A stretch of DNA of 64,000 bases from assembly GCF_013315695.1 (NCBI RefSeq), contig NZ_CP054353.1; one strand, 5' to 3'. The position numbers were made by a program, and so were the translations under genes. The notes below the pieces were generated by a model that saw nothing but the letters and a program-made list of their open reading frames with translations, searched no databases and was not told the DNA's origin. The DNA is from Escherichia coli (GTDB lineage: Bacteria; Pseudomonadota; Gammaproteobacteria; Enterobacterales; Enterobacteriaceae). This document shows, in pieces, positions 24,271 to 40,464 of the stretch. Positions within the stretch are counted from its first letter, which is position 1. Every line of letters starts with the position of its first letter.

Positions 24271-25776
24271 ATGGAAGCATTACTTCAGCTTAAAGGCATC
24301 GATAAAGCCTTCCCGGGCGTAAAAGCCCTCTCGGGCGCAGCGTTAAATGTCTATCCGGGCCGCGTGATGGCGCTGGTGGGCGAAAACGGCGCGGGTAAAT
24401 CCACCATGATGAAAGTGCTTACTGGTATCTATACTCGCGATGCCGGCACGCTTTTATGGCTGGGGAAAGAAACGACATTTACCGGGCCAAAGTCTTCCCA
24501 GGAAGCCGGGATTGGGATTATCCACCAGGAACTGAACCTGATCCCGCAGTTAACCATTGCCGAAAACATTTTCCTCGGTCGTGAGTTTGTTAATCGCTTT
24601 GGCAAAATTGACTGGAAAACCATGTATGCCGAAGCGGATAAATTGCTGGCTAAACTTAACCTGCGCTTTAAAAGCGACAAGCTGGTGGGCGATCTTTCCA
24701 TCGGTGACCAGCAAATGGTTGAAATCGCCAAAGTGCTGAGCTTTGAGTCGAAAGTCATCATTATGGATGAACCGACCGATGCGCTGACCGATACCGAAAC
24801 CGAATCCTTGTTCCGCGTCATCCGCGAGCTGAAATCGCAAGGCCGCGGTATTGTCTATATTTCCCACCGCATGAAAGAAATCTTCGAGATTTGCGATGAC
24901 GTTACCGTTTTTCGTGACGGGCAATTTATTGCTGAGCGTGAAGTAGCATCACTGACCGAAGATTCGCTGATTGAGATGATGGTGGGCCGCAAGCTGGAAG
25001 ATCAATATCCGCACCTGGACAAAGCGCCAGGAGATATTCGCCTGAAAGTCGATAATCTCTGCGGACCTGGCGTTAACGATGTCTCTTTTACTTTACGCAA
25101 AGGCGAAATTCTTGGCGTCTCTGGTTTGATGGGCGCAGGTCGTACCGAACTGATGAAAGTGCTCTACGGCGCACTGCCGCGCACCAGCGGTTACGTCACC
25201 CTGGATGGGCATGAAGTCGTTACCCGTTCACCGCAGGATGGCCTGGCAAACGGCATTGTGTATATCTCCGAAGACCGTAAACGTGACGGTTTAGTGCTGG
25301 GCATGTCAGTAAAAGAGAACATGTCGCTGACAGCGCTGCGCTACTTCAGCCGCGCTGGCGGCAGTTTGAAGCATGCCGATGAACAGCAGGCAGTAAGTGA
25401 TTTCATTCGTCTGTTTAATGTGAAAACGCCGTCAATGGAACAGGCAATTGGTCTGCTCTCCGGTGGCAATCAGCAAAAAGTGGCGATTGCCCGTGGTCTG
25501 ATGACACGCCCCAAAGTGTTGATCCTCGATGAGCCTACCCGTGGCGTAGATGTCGGCGCGAAAAAAGAGATCTATCAACTGATTAACCAGTTCAAAGCCG
25601 ATGGCTTGAGCATCATTCTGGTGTCATCGGAGATGCCAGAAGTATTAGGCATGAGCGATCGCATCATCGTCATGCATGAAGGGCATCTCAGCGGGGAATT
25701 TACTCGTGAGCAGGCCACCCAGGAAGTGTTAATGGCTGCCGCTGTGGGCAAGCTTAATCGCGTGAATCAGGAGTAA
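24271..25776 (+). CDS. rbsA: Ribose ABC transporter ATP-binding protein RbsA, 501 aa
   Basis: ORF track; two ABC ATPase domains (GENGAGKST and GLMGAGRTE Walker A motifs). Confidence 0.96.
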
Positions 25777-25780
25777 AAAA

Positions 25781-26746
25781 ATGACAACCCAGACTGTCTC
25801 TGGTCGCCGTTATTTCACGAAAGCGTGGCTGATGGAGCAGAAATCGCTTATCGCTCTGCTGGTGCTGATCGCGATTGTCTCGACGTTAAGCCCGAACTTT
25901 TTCACCATCAATAACTTATTCAATATTCTCCAGCAAACCTCGGTGAACGCCATTATGGCGGTCGGGATGACGCTGGTGATCCTGACGTCGGGCATCGACT
26001 TGTCGGTAGGTTCTCTATTGGCGCTGACCGGCGCAGTTGCTGCATCTATCGTTGGCATTGAAGTCAATGCGCTGGTGGCTGTCGCTGCCGCTCTCGCGTT
26101 AGGTGCCGCAATTGGTGCGGTAACCGGGGTGATTGTAGCGAAAGGTCGCGTCCAGGCCTTTATCGCTACGCTGGTTATGATGCTTTTACTGCGCGGCGTG
26201 ACCATGGTTTATACCAACGGTAGCCCAGTGAATACTGGCTTTACTGAGAACGCCGATCTGTTTGGCTGGTTTGGTATTGGTCGTCCGCTGGGCGTACCGA
26301 CGCCAGTCTGGATCATGGGAATTGTCTTCCTCGCGGCCTGGTACATGCTGCATCACACGCGTCTGGGGCGTTACATCTACGCGCTGGGCGGCAACGAAGC
26401 GGCAACGCGTCTTTCTGGTATCAACGTCAATAAAATCAAAATCATCGTCTATTCTCTTTGTGGTCTGCTGGCATCGCTGGCCGGGATCATTGAAGTGGCG
26501 CGTCTCTCCTCCGCACAACCCACGGCGGGGACTGGCTATGAGCTGGATGCTATTGCTGCGGTGGTTCTGGGCGGTACGAGTCTGGCGGGCGGAAAAGGTC
26601 GCATTGTTGGGACGTTGATCGGCGCATTAATTCTTGGCTTCCTTAATAATGGATTGAATTTGTTAGGTGTTTCCTCCTATTACCAGATGATCGTCAAAGC
26701 GGTGGTGATTTTGCTGGCGGTGCTGGTAGACAACAAAAAGCAGTAA
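25781..26746 (+). CDS. rbsC: Ribose ABC transporter permease RbsC, 321 aa
   Basis: ORF track; hydrophobic polytopic protein in operon position. Confidence 0.95.
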   Translation: MTTQTVSGRRYFTKAWLMEQKSLIALLVLIAIVSTLSPNFFTINNLFNILQQTSVNAIMAVGMTLVILTSGIDLSVGSLLALTGAVAASIVGIEVNALVAVAAALALGAAIGAVTGVIVAKGRVQAFIATLVMMLLLRGVTMVYTNGSPVNTGFTENADLFGWFGIGRPLGVPTPVWIMGIVFLAAWYMLHHTRLGRYIYALGGNEAATRLSGINVNKIKIIVYSLCGLLASLAGIIEVARLSSAQPTAGTGYELDAIAAVVLGGTSLAGGKGRIVGTLIGALILGFLNNGLNLLGVSSYYQMIVKAVVILLAVLVDNKKQ

Positions 26747-26770
26747 TAACGACTACAGGACATCTTGAAT

Positions 26771-27661
26771 ATGAATATGAAAAAACTGGCTACCCTGGTT
26801 TCCGCTGTTGCGCTAAGCGCCACCGTCAGTGCGAATGCGATGGCAAAAGATACCATCGCGCTGGTGGTCTCCACGCTTAACAACCCGTTCTTTGTATCGC
26901 TGAAAGATGGCGCGCAGAAAGAGGCGGATAAACTTGGCTATAACCTGGTGGTGCTGGACTCCCAGAACAACCCGGCGAAAGAGCTGGCGAACGTGCAGGA
27001 CTTAACCGTTCGCGGCACCAAAATTCTGCTGATTAACCCGACCGACTCCGACGCAGTGGGTAATGCTGTGAAGATGGCTAACCAGGCGAACATCCCGGTT
27101 ATCACTCTTGACCGCCAGGCAACGAAAGGTGAAGTGGTGAGCCACATTGCTTCTGATAACGTACTGGGCGGCAAAATCGCCGGTGATTACATCGCGAAGA
27201 AAGCGGGTGAAGGTGCCAAAGTTATCGAGCTGCAAGGCATTGCCGGTACATCTGCAGCCCGTGAACGTGGCGAAGGCTTCCAGCAGGCTGTTGCTGCTCA
27301 CAAGTTTAATGTTCTTGCCAGCCAGCCAGCAGATTTTGATCGCACTAAAGGTTTGAACGTAATGCAGAACCTGTTGACCGCACATCCGGATGTTCAGGCT
27401 GTATTCGCGCAGAATGATGAAATGGCGCTGGGCGCGCTGCGCGCACTGCAAACTGCCGGTAAATCGGATGTGATGGTCGTCGGATTTGACGGTACACCGG
27501 ATGGCGAAAAAGCGGTGAATGATGGCAAACTAGCAGCGACTATCGCTCAGCTACCCGATCAGATTGGCGCGAAAGGCGTCGAAACCGCAGATAAAGTGCT
27601 GAAAGGCGAGAAAGTTCAGGCTAAGTATCCGGTTGATCTGAAACTGGTTGTTAAGCAGTAG
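26771..27661 (+). CDS. rbsB: Periplasmic ribose-binding protein RbsB, 296 aa
   Basis: ORF track 26765..27661; start at the ATG giving [25 protein letters not shown] (signal peptide). Confidence 0.95.
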   Translation: MNMKKLATLVSAVALSATVSANAMAKDTIALVVSTLNNPFFVSLKDGAQKEADKLGYNLVVLDSQNNPAKELANVQDLTVRGTKILLINPTDSDAVGNAVKMANQANIPVITLDRQATKGEVVSHIASDNVLGGKIAGDYIAKKAGEGAKVIELQGIAGTSAARERGEGFQQAVAAHKFNVLASQPADFDRTKGLNVMQNLLTAHPDVQAVFAQNDEMALGALRALQTAGKSDVMVVGFDGTPDGEKAVNDGKLAATIAQLPDQIGAKGVETADKVLKGEKVQAKYPVDLKLVVKQ

Positions 27662-27785
27662 TTTTAATCAGGTTGTATGACCTGATGGTGACATAAATAC
27701 GTCATCGACAGATGAACGTGTATATAAAGAAAAGCAGGGCACGCGCCACCCTAACACGGTGGCGCATTTTATGGACATCCCGAAT

Positions 27786-28715
27786 ATGCAAAACGCAGGC
27801 AGCCTCGTTGTTCTTGGCAGCATTAATGCTGACCACATTCTTAATCTTCAATCTTTTCCTACCCCAGGCGAAACCGTAACCGGTAACCACTATCAGGTTG
27901 CATTTGGCGGCAAAGGCGCGAATCAGGCTGTGGCTGCTGGGCGTAGCGGTGCGAATATCGCGTTTATTGCCTGTACGGGTGATGACAGTATTGGTGAGAG
28001 CGTTCGCCAGCAGCTCGCCACTGATAACATTGATATTTCTCCGGTCAGCGTGATCAAAGGCGAATCAACAGGTGTGGCGCTGATTTTTGTTAATGGCGAA
28101 GGTGAGAATGTCATTGGTATTCATGCCGGCGCTAATGCTGCCCTTTCCCCGGCGCTGGTGGAAGCGCAACGTGAGCGTATTGCCAACGCGTCAGCATTAT
28201 TAATGCAGCTGGAATCACCACTCGAAAGTGTGATGGCAGCGGCGAAAATCGCCCATCAAAATAAGACTATCGTTGCGCTTAACCCGGCTCCGGCTCGCGA
28301 ACTTCCTGACGAACTGCTGGCGCTGGTGGACATTATTACGCCAAACGAAACGGAAGCAGAAAAGCTCACCGGTATTCGTGTTGAAAATGATGAAGATGCA
28401 GCGAAGGCGGCGCAGGTACTGCATGAAAAAGGTATCCGTACTGTACTGATTACTTTAGGAAGTCGTGGTGTATGGGCTAGCGTGAATGGTGAAGGTCAGC
28501 GCGTTCCTGGATTCCGGGTGCAGGCTGTCGATACCATTGCTGCCGGAGATACCTTTAACGGCGCGTTAATCACGGCGTTGCTGGAAGAAAAACCATTGCC
28601 AGAGGCGATTCGGTTTGCCCATGCTGCCGCTGCGATTGCCGTAACACGTAAAGGCGCACAACCTTCCGTACCGTGGCGTGAAGAGATCGACGCATTTTTA
28701 GACAGGCAGAGGTGA
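27786..28715 (+). CDS. rbsK: Ribokinase RbsK, 309 aa
   Basis: ORF track 27759..28715; start at the ATG giving MQNAGSLVVLGSINADHIL. Confidence 0.95.
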   Translation: MQNAGSLVVLGSINADHILNLQSFPTPGETVTGNHYQVAFGGKGANQAVAAGRSGANIAFIACTGDDSIGESVRQQLATDNIDISPVSVIKGESTGVALIFVNGEGENVIGIHAGANAALSPALVEAQRERIANASALLMQLESPLESVMAAAKIAHQNKTIVALNPAPARELPDELLALVDIITPNETEAEKLTGIRVENDEDAAKAAQVLHEKGIRTVLITLGSRGVWASVNGEGQRVPGFRVQAVDTIAAGDTFNGALITALLEEKPLPEAIRFAHAAAAIAVTRKGAQPSVPWREEIDAFLDRQR

Positions 28716-28718
28716 CGC

Positions 28719-29711
28719 TTGGCTACAATGAAAGATGTTGCCCGCCTGGCGGGCGTTTCTACCTCAACAGTTTCTCACGTTATCAATAAAGATCGCTTCG
28801 TCAGTGAAGCGATTACCGCCAAAGTTGAAGCGGCGATTAAAGAACTCAATTACGCGCCATCAGCTCTGGCGCGTAGCCTCAAACTCAATCAAACACATAC
28901 CATTGGCATGTTGATCACTGCCAGTACCAATCCTTTCTATTCAGAACTGGTGCGTGGCGTTGAACGCAGCTGCTTCGAACGCGGTTATAGTCTCGTCCTT
29001 TGCAATACCGAAGGCGATGAACAGCGGATGAATCGCAATCTGGAAACGCTGATGCAAAAACGCGTTGATGGCTTGCTGTTACTGTGCACCGAAACGCATC
29101 AGCCTTCGCGTGAAATCATGCAACGTTATCCGACAGTGCCTACTGTGATGATGGACTGGGCTCCGTTCGATGGCGACAGCGATCTTATTCAGGATAACTC
29201 GTTGCTGGGCGGAGACTTAGCAACGCAATATCTGATCGATAAAGGTCATACCCGTATTGCCTGTATTACCGGTCCGCTGGATAAAACTCCGGCGCGCCTG
29301 CGGTTGGAAGGTTATCGGGCAGCGATGAAACGTGCGGGTCTCAACATTCCTGATGGCTATGAAGTCACTGGTGATTTTGAATTTAACGGCGGGTTTGACG
29401 CTATGCGCCAACTGTTATCACATCCGCTGCGTCCTCAGGCTGTCTTTACCGGAAATGACGCTATGGCTGTTGGCGTTTACCAGGCGTTATATCAGGCAGA
29501 GTTACAGGTTCCGCAGGATATCGCGGTGATTGGCTATGACGATATCGAACTGGCAAGCTTTATGACGCCACCATTAACAACTATCCACCAACCGAAAGAT
29601 GAACTGGGGGAGCTGGCGATTGATGTACTCATCCATCGGATAACCCAACCGACCCTTCAGCAACAACGATTACAACTTACTCCGATTCTGATGGAACGCG
29701 GTTCGGCTTAG
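28719..29711 (+). CDS. rbsR: LacI-family ribose operon repressor RbsR, 330 aa
   Basis: ORF track; N-terminal [27 protein letters not shown]. Confidence 0.95.
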
Positions 29712-31104
29712 ATTTACGCTGTCTTTTGATCAAATTATTACCATCGGTTGTTTTCAGAAGCATGAACATTGCTGCTGAAGCAACAGTAATAATGCCCATT
29801 GTGATAAACGTATAGTGGAATTGTTCGACAGTCGTTGTGCCTTCCATCCCTTCATAAACGCGAAGGACGGCCGCACTTACAGCAACGCCTAAACTGATAG
29901 ACAGTTGCTGCGTGACCGCCAGAACACTGTTACCGCTGCTGGCGTTGTCATCGGTCAGATCGGCAAGTGTGATGGTATTCATCGCGGTAAATTGCGTCGA
30001 CATAGCCATCCCTAATATAAACAACGGCAAGATCAGCATCCATATCGCCATTGCTGGTGATTGCAAAGAGAACTGAGCGATCATTAGCCCAATAATCACC
30101 GTGATCCCCACTAACGTATGGCGATAGCCCAGACGACGTAAGACTTGGGTAACCATCGATTTTGCAATAATGGAACCTAACGCTGTCGGTGCCATCATAC
30201 AGCCGGCAATAAACGCCTGATAACCAAATCCTACCTGTAACATCAATGGCATAAGGAACGGTACACAACCGGTCCCCAGACGGGTTGCAATATTGCCTAC
30301 GATACCGATCGAGAAAGTGCGGGTTTTAAATAAATCTAATGAAATTAATGTGTTTGGCGTGCGTCGTGCATGGAGAATATAGAGAAGCAGTAACCCGATG
30401 CTGGTGACAATTACCGTCAAGGCAATCCAACTGGCGACAATCTTTTCCCCGAATAGCTCTATTCCGCTTGAGAAGAGAACAAGGCTAAGGCCAAACAGCA
30501 AAAAGCCAGTGATATCGAATCTGCGTCGTGCGGTGGTGAAATTGGGCATATGTTTGCGCGCGTAAAGAAGGCCCGCAATACCTATGGGGATATTGATTAA
30601 AAATATCCAGTGCCAGGTTGCCCAGGTGACCAGCACGCCGCCAAGAACGGGGCCTAAAATTGGCCCCACCAGACCCGGCATGGCGACAAAATTCAATACA
30701 GGAAGAAGCTCATTACGAGGATAAGCGCGCAGTAAGGCCAGCCGAGCAACAGGCATCATCATTGCGCCGCCTATCCCCTGAATAACCCGGAAGACAACCA
30801 GCTGTGGTAGCGAGTTGGAAAGTGCGCAGGCCAGAGAACCCAACGTGAACAGACTCACGGCAAGGGTAAAAATGCGACGTGTACCGAAGCGATCGGCTAG
30901 CCATCCGCTTACCGGAATAAGCATCGCCACCGTCAGCGTATAACTGATGATGGCTGATTGCATCGCGAGAGGAGAACGATTAAGGCTATGAGCGATTGCG
31001 GGTAAGGCGGTATTCAGAATAGTGGCATCAAGTGCCTGCATGAAGAAGGCCATCGCTGCGATCCACGGCAAACCCGCCATACTGCGCTTCTTTTTATCGC
31101 TCAT
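29677..31104 (-). CDS. hsrA: MFS efflux transporter HsrA (YieO), 475 aa
   Basis: ORF track; multi-TM MFS profile; 3' end overlaps rbsR convergently. Confidence 0.9.
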
Positions 31105-31126
31105 TCAATGTCCTGTTATCGGGGTG

Positions 31127-31819
31127 TCACTTATCAGGTGAGCGTAGCAGCGCCTGACAAGCTTTAAATGCCGCGTCGCCATCGCTTTGGATAATCGCGT
31201 CAACAATCGCCTGGTGCAGATCCAGCTTTATCACTGTGTCGCTGGTAATTGACGTGAAGTAAGTGTGATAAACCGAATGGAAGAGCGAGGCGAATGAGGT
31301 CAAAAACGGATTGGCGCTCATTTCATAGATATGCTCATGCCAGGCCATATCGACCTCAATCCAGCGTTCACGGCGAAAGTTCTCTTTTAATGCCACCATT
31401 TCGGCCATTAACGTATTGAGATGCGCCTTCTGTTCCGCGGTGCCAACCGTTGCAGCCAGTAGGCAAGCTTGCGGCTCCAGACAGATACGCATAACCAGAA
31501 AGTGATCGATGACCTGATGAAAGTTCTCTTCTGTCATCCACCAGGTAAGCAATTCCTGATCAAGAAAATTCCAGTTTGATTGTGGCATGACTCGGGTACC
31601 AATTCGCGGTCGCGGTAAAACCATCCCTTTTGCCGTTAACGTTTTGACCGCTTCGCGTACCGCTGTACGACTCACTCCAAATTGCTCGCCCAGCTCAATC
31701 TCACCAGGCAAAATGGTGCCGGGTTCATATTCACCTTTTAAGATCCGCTGCGCCAGCTTCTCAGCCAGAACATACGAAAGATTTTTCTGTGCAGCTAACT
31801 GTTGTGCGCTTAAAGGCAT
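31127..31819 (-). CDS. yieP: GntR/FadR-family transcriptional regulator YieP, 230 aa
   Basis: ORF track; N-terminal winged HTH (FGVSRTAVREAVKTL). Confidence 0.9.
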   Translation of the reverse strand: MPLSAQQLAAQKNLSYVLAEKLAQRILKGEYEPGTILPGEIELGEQFGVSRTAVREAVKTLTAKGMVLPRPRIGTRVMPQSNWNFLDQELLTWWMTEENFHQVIDHFLVMRICLEPQACLLAATVGTAEQKAHLNTLMAEMVALKENFRRERWIEVDMAWHEHIYEMSANPFLTSFASLFHSVYHTYFTSITSDTVIKLDLHQAIVDAIIQSDGDAAFKACQALLRSPDK

Positions 31820-31971
31820 TACTAATCTTCCTTTTTCTTTTTATTCCTCCTTAGTATGCCACCAGGAAGTGTGATTACGGTTGCAAAAACGGCAAATTGC
31901 TTGTTTTATGGCACATTAACGGGGCTTTTGCTGAAAAAATGCGCGGTCGGAAAATTATTTTAAATTTCCTC

Positions 31972-31999
31972 TTGTCAGGCCGGAATAACTCCCTATAAT
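31972..31999 (+). promoter_or_regulatory. rRNA operon promoter P1 with AT-rich UP element just upstream
   Basis: TTGTCA (-35), 16-bp spacer, TATAAT (-10); preceded by AAAATTATTTTAAATTTCCT. Confidence 0.85.
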
Positions 32000-32090
32000 G
32001 CGCCACCACTGACACGGAACAACGGCAAACACGCCGCCGGGTCAGCGGGGTTCTCCTGAGAATTCCGGCAGAGAAAGCAAAAATAAATGC

Positions 32091-32119
32091 TTGACTCTGT
32101 AGCGGGAAAGCGTATTATG
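32091..32119 (+). promoter_or_regulatory. rRNA operon promoter P2
   Basis: TTGACT (-35), 17-bp spacer, TATTAT (-10); boxA-like GCTCTTTAACAA follows at about 32156. Confidence 0.85.
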
Positions 32120-32299
32120 CACACCCCGCGCCGCTGAGAAAAAGCGAAGCGGCACTGCTCTTTAACAATTTATCAGACAATCTGTGTGGGCACTCGAAGA
32201 TACGGATTCTTAACGTCGCAAGACGAAAAATGAATACCAAGTCTCAAGAGTGAACACGTAATTCATTACGAAGTTTAATTCTTTGAGCATCAAACTTTT

Positions 32300-33841
<1,542 letters not shown>

Positions 33842-33926
33842 CCTTAAAGAAGCGTACTTTGAAGTGCTCACACAGATTGTCTGATAGAAAGTGAAAAGCA
33901 AGGCGTCTTGCGAAGCAGACTGATAC

Positions 33927-34002
33927 GTCCCCTTCGTCTAGAGGCCCAGGACACCGCCCTTTCACGGCGGTAACAGGGGTTCGAATCCCCTAGGGGACGC
34001 CA
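33927..34002 (+). tRNA. gltU: tRNA-Glu (UUC) in the 16S-23S spacer
   Basis: GTCCCCTTCGTCTAGAGGCCCAGGACACCGCCCTTTCACGGCGGTAACAGGGGTTCGAATCCCCTAGGGGACGCCA. Confidence 0.96.
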
Positions 34003-34196
34003 CTTGCTGGTTTGTGAGTGAAAGTCACCGACCTTAATATCGTTAAAGATGACTTACGAGTCATGTTTAAGATATTTGCTCTTTAAAAATCTGGATCAAG
34101 CTGAAAATTGAAACACTGAACAACGAAAGTTGTTCGTGAGTCTCTCAAATTTTCGCAACACGATGATGAGTCGAAAGAAACATCTTCGGGTTGTGA

Positions 34197-37100
<2,904 letters not shown>

Positions 37101-37194
37101 ACAACGCCGAAGATGTTTTGGCGGAAGAGACATCGATAAGTAAGCTTGATAACAGATTAAATCAGAACGCAGAAGTGGTCTGATAAACAGAATT

Positions 37195-37314
37195 TGCCTG
37201 GCGGCCTTAGCGCGGTGGTCCCACCTGACCCCATGCCGAACTCAGAAGTGAAACGCCGTAGCGCCGATGGTAGTGTGGGGTCTCCCCATGCGAGAGTAGG
37301 GAACTGCCAGGCAT
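37195..37314 (+). rRNA. rrfC: 5S ribosomal RNA, 120 nt
   Basis: Starts TGCCTGGCGGCCTTAGCGCGGTGG and ends GGGAACTGCCAGGCAT. Confidence 0.97.
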
Positions 37315-37366
37315 CAAATTAAGCAGTAAGCCGGTCATAAAACCGGTGGTTGTAAAAGAATTCGGT

Positions 37367-37443
37367 GGAGCGGTAGTTCAGTCGGTTAGAATACCTGCCT
37401 GTCACGCAGGGGGTCGCGGGTTCGAGTCCCGTCCGTTCCGCCA
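37367..37443 (+). tRNA. aspT: tRNA-Asp (GUC)
   Basis: GGAGCGGTAGTTCAGTCGGTTAGAATACCTGCCTGTCACGCAGGGGGTCGCGGGTTCGAGTCCCGTCCGTTCCGCCA. Confidence 0.96.
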
Positions 37444-37451
37444 CCCTAATT

Positions 37452-37527
37452 AGGGGCGTAGTTCAATTGGTAGAGCACCGGTCTCCAAAACCGGGTGTTG
37501 GGAGTTCGAGTCTCTCCGCCCCTGCCA
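37452..37527 (+). tRNA. trpT: tRNA-Trp (CCA)
   Basis: AGGGGCGTAGTTCAATTGGTAGAGCACCGGTCTCCAAAACCGGGTGTTGGGAGTTCGAGTCTCTCCGCCCCTGCCA. Confidence 0.96.
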
Positions 37528-37532
37528 GAAAT

Positions 37533-37563
37533 CATCCTTAGCGAAAGCTAAGGATTTTTTTTA
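37533..37563 (+). terminator. Rho-independent terminator of the rRNA operon
   Basis: ATCCTTAGC GAAA GCTAAGGAT hairpin followed by a 9-T run. Confidence 0.85.
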
Positions 37564-37621
37564 TCTGAAATAACCTCTCCGAAGTAAATCCTTCTACCGG
37601 CATCCTTGCCAGCCATTCAGA

Positions 37622-38461
37622 TTAATACACTTCATCCAGCACGTTAATTTTCAATAGATCGCGAATCAACGCATTTTTATCGCTATTTTGCAGCCATATG
37701 GCATAAAGCGGCCGTGAAAGTGTTGTGCTATCGACAACGGTATGCAGGCCGCCCTTTTTACGCGCCCAACTGACGGGTAGCCAGGTGCAACCATTAAGCA
37801 TCGCAATCTGTTGCTGTGCCAGTTCAGCAGAACTGGTTGTCAGAATGGGAACTTCGTCAGCACCGATCAAACCTGCCTCATGCTGTTGAAAATCTGGCCC
37901 CCACTCCAGTCGCAGATAGTTAAGATCTCCCTTTAGTTTAGAAGGGGCACTGGTATAAAGCGCTAAAGTGAAATACCCCAGCAACTGACTACTAAATTCG
38001 TCCATTTTGGGCGCTTCAGTGGTAATAAGAAGATCAAGCTGGCGTTCATGCAGCTGTTTTACCAGAGACTGTCGTTGGGCAATTCGCGCTTCGAACTGTA
38101 AGCCTGTATGGGCATCTTGATTTTGATACAAGCGTCCCAGCCACTGATTAAGCATACATTCCCACAATGAGGCGCTGGCACCGATAGAAAACTCGTTATG
38201 TCGTGAGGTATGCGCCACCTCCTTACGGGCGGCCTGCCAGGTGCTCATGAGCGTTTCTGCATAAGGCAGTAGTTTTTCACCGGCAGCGGTTAAACGGATA
38301 TTGTTTCTGTGGCGGGTGAAAAGATTCACACCCAGTTGATTTTCCAGTTGTCTGATTCGAAAGCTCACGGCTGATTGGGTCAGATAGAGCGATTCAGCCG
38401 CTCGACCAAAGTGACGCGTTCGGCTAACTTCCAGGAAAGTTTTTAACAATTCCGTATCCAC
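37622..38461 (-). CDS. hdfR: LysR-family regulator HdfR, 279 aa
   Basis: ORF track; N-terminal LysR HTH ([23 protein letters not shown]). Confidence 0.93.
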
Positions 38462-38579
38462 AGTGCTCTCCGCAAAATTATTTGTCGTTATGATTTAAAT
38501 GTTTTGTTTTACACTCTGTCAAGCGTAACTAATACTCCGCGCCATAACTAGCTCGGTCAAAGAATTAGGAGCGTGCAGG

Positions 38580-38918
38580 ATGGCGGAAAGCTTTACGACG
38601 ACTAATCGATATTTCGACAATAAACATTATCCACGTGGATTCTCTCGTCATGGTGACTTCACCATCAAAGAGGCACAACTGCTTGAGCGTCATGGTTATG
38701 CCTTCAATGAGTTGGATCTTGGCAAACGCGAGCCGGTTACCGAGGAAGAGAAACTCTTCGTAGCAGTATGCCGTGGCGAACGTGAGCCAGTGACAGAAGC
38801 AGAACGCGTGTGGTCCAAGTATATGACGCGTATCAAGCGTCCAAAACGTTTTCACACCCTTTCCGGCGGTAAACCGCAGGTTGAAGGTGCTGAAGACTAC
38901 ACCGATTCTGACGATTAA
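38580..38918 (+). CDS. yifE: Conserved protein YifE (UPF0438), 112 aa
   Basis: ORF track; divergent from hdfR. Confidence 0.92.
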   Translation: MAESFTTTNRYFDNKHYPRGFSRHGDFTIKEAQLLERHGYAFNELDLGKREPVTEEEKLFVAVCRGEREPVTEAERVWSKYMTRIKRPKRFHTLSGGKPQVEGAEDYTDSDD

Positions 38919-38946
38919 TAAAAAGGGCGAAATGCCCTTTTTTTTA
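38919..38946. terminator. Bidirectional rho-independent terminator between convergent yifE and comM
   Basis: A-run, GGGC GAAAT GCCC hairpin, T-run. Confidence 0.75.
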
Positions 38947-40464
38947 TGTCAGTAGTTTTTGCAGATGGATGAGCAAACGGTCAATGGCACGATAGCTAAC
39001 TGCCTCCTGCAAATGCTGACGTGTGATAATGTCGGACTGATCAATATCAGCAATGGTTCGTGCAACTTTCAGTAACCGCTGCCAGGCACGAATCGATAAC
39101 CCCAGATGGATCAGCGTTTCTTCCAGCCACTGCGCATCTTCGCTCTCAAGCTTGCAGAATTGGCGTATTTCCGGATTATCCAGCCAGGCGTTCAGTTTAT
39201 TCTGCCGCTTAAATTGGCGCTCTCTGGCGGCCATTACACGTTGTTTAACGGTGGTGCTGTTTTCTCCCTGCACTACCGTTTTACTCAAAATGCCGGGGGG
39301 CGGTAATGGGATCTCTAGTGAGAGATCGAAGCGGTCGAGAAAGGGCCCCGAGAGCCGGTTGAGATAACGTAATGTCTGTTCTGGTGTGCAGCGGTTATGG
39401 TTTCCCTGATAATGTCCGGTAGGGCTGGGATTCATCGCCGCGACAAGCTGGAAACGGGCTGGATAGGTTATTTTTGCTCGTGTGCGTGAAAGATGGATCT
39501 GCCCGGATTCAATCGGCTCTCGCAAGGCATCCAGTGTACGCCGTTCAAATTCAGGTAGCTCATCAAGAAAAAGCACGCCGTTATGCGCCAGCGAAATTTC
39601 ACCTGGCCCTGGAATTGCACCACCGCCCACCATCGCAGTTAACGACGCACTGTGATGAGGTGAGCGGAATGGGCGCTGCCGCCATTGTTTTTGTACTGAT
39701 TCAGCATTTACCAGACTTAATATCGCAGCGCTCTCCAGTGCCTCTTCATTGCTTAAATCTGGCAACAGGCCATTAATACGGCTGGCGAGCATTGTTTTAC
39801 CTGTTCCCGGCGGCCCAATCAGTAAAAGGTTGTGCCCGCCAGCGGCGGTAATTTCCAGTCCTCGCTTTCCTTGCTCCTGACCGACAACATCACTGAGATC
39901 ATGTTGTAGCGCCCGGGATACTGCATCAGTTGGTTTCGGGCGTTCGAGAGCGTGCTTACCCTCCAGAAACGCACAGACAGCCTGCAGATGATCGGCTATC
40001 AGGCATCCTTCACCGTTAATTAGCCCCACTTCATCCTCGTTATCTTTCGCGACGATAATTTTTCTGCCCGACTTAATGGCTTCAGTTGCACTGGAGATTG
40101 CGCCGGGAACGGCACGCAGAGCGCCTGTAAGCGCCAGTTCTCCGACTAATTCATATTCATCTAACTTATTGGCTGTAAGCTGTTCTGAGGCTGCCAGCAA
40201 CGCAATGGCGATAGGTAAATCATATCGTCCCCCTTCTTTTGGCAGATCGGCTGGAGCAAGGTTGATGGTGATTTTTTTCGCCGGATATTCATATCCGCTA
40301 TTGATAATGGCGCTGCGCACGCGATCGCGAGCTTCTTTTACCGTTGTTTCTGGTAAGCCCACCATCGTTAAGCCTGGTAGACCTTTACTGATATGTACCT
40401 CAACAGTGATTGGGGGCGCATTTACTCCCAGGGCTGCGCGGGTATGAACAATTGACAGTGACAT
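38944..40464 (-). CDS. comM: Mg-chelatase-like AAA+ ATPase ComM (YifB), 506 aa
   Basis: ORF track 38944..40494; start at the ATG giving MSLSIVHTRAALGVNAPPITVEV with GGAGGG Shine-Dalgarno upstream. Confidence 0.92.
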   Translation of the reverse strand: MSLSIVHTRAALGVNAPPITVEVHISKGLPGLTMVGLPETTVKEARDRVRSAIINSGYEYPAKKITINLAPADLPKEGGRYDLPIAIALLAASEQLTANKLDEYELVGELALTGALRAVPGAISSATEAIKSGRKIIVAKDNEDEVGLINGEGCLIADHLQAVCAFLEGKHALERPKPTDAVSRALQHDLSDVVGQEQGKRGLEITAAGGHNLLLIGPPGTGKTMLASRINGLLPDLSNEEALESAAILSLVNAESVQKQWRQRPFRSPHHSASLTAMVGGGAIPGPGEISLAHNGVLFLDELPEFERRTLDALREPIESGQIHLSRTRAKITYPARFQLVAAMNPSPTGHYQGNHNRCTPEQTLRYLNRLSGPFLDRFDLSLEIPLPPPGILSKTVVQGENSTTVKQRVMAARERQFKRQNKLNAWLDNPEIRQFCKLESEDAQWLEETLIHLGLSIRAWQRLLKVARTIADIDQSDIITRQHLQEAVSYRAIDRLLIHLQKLLT

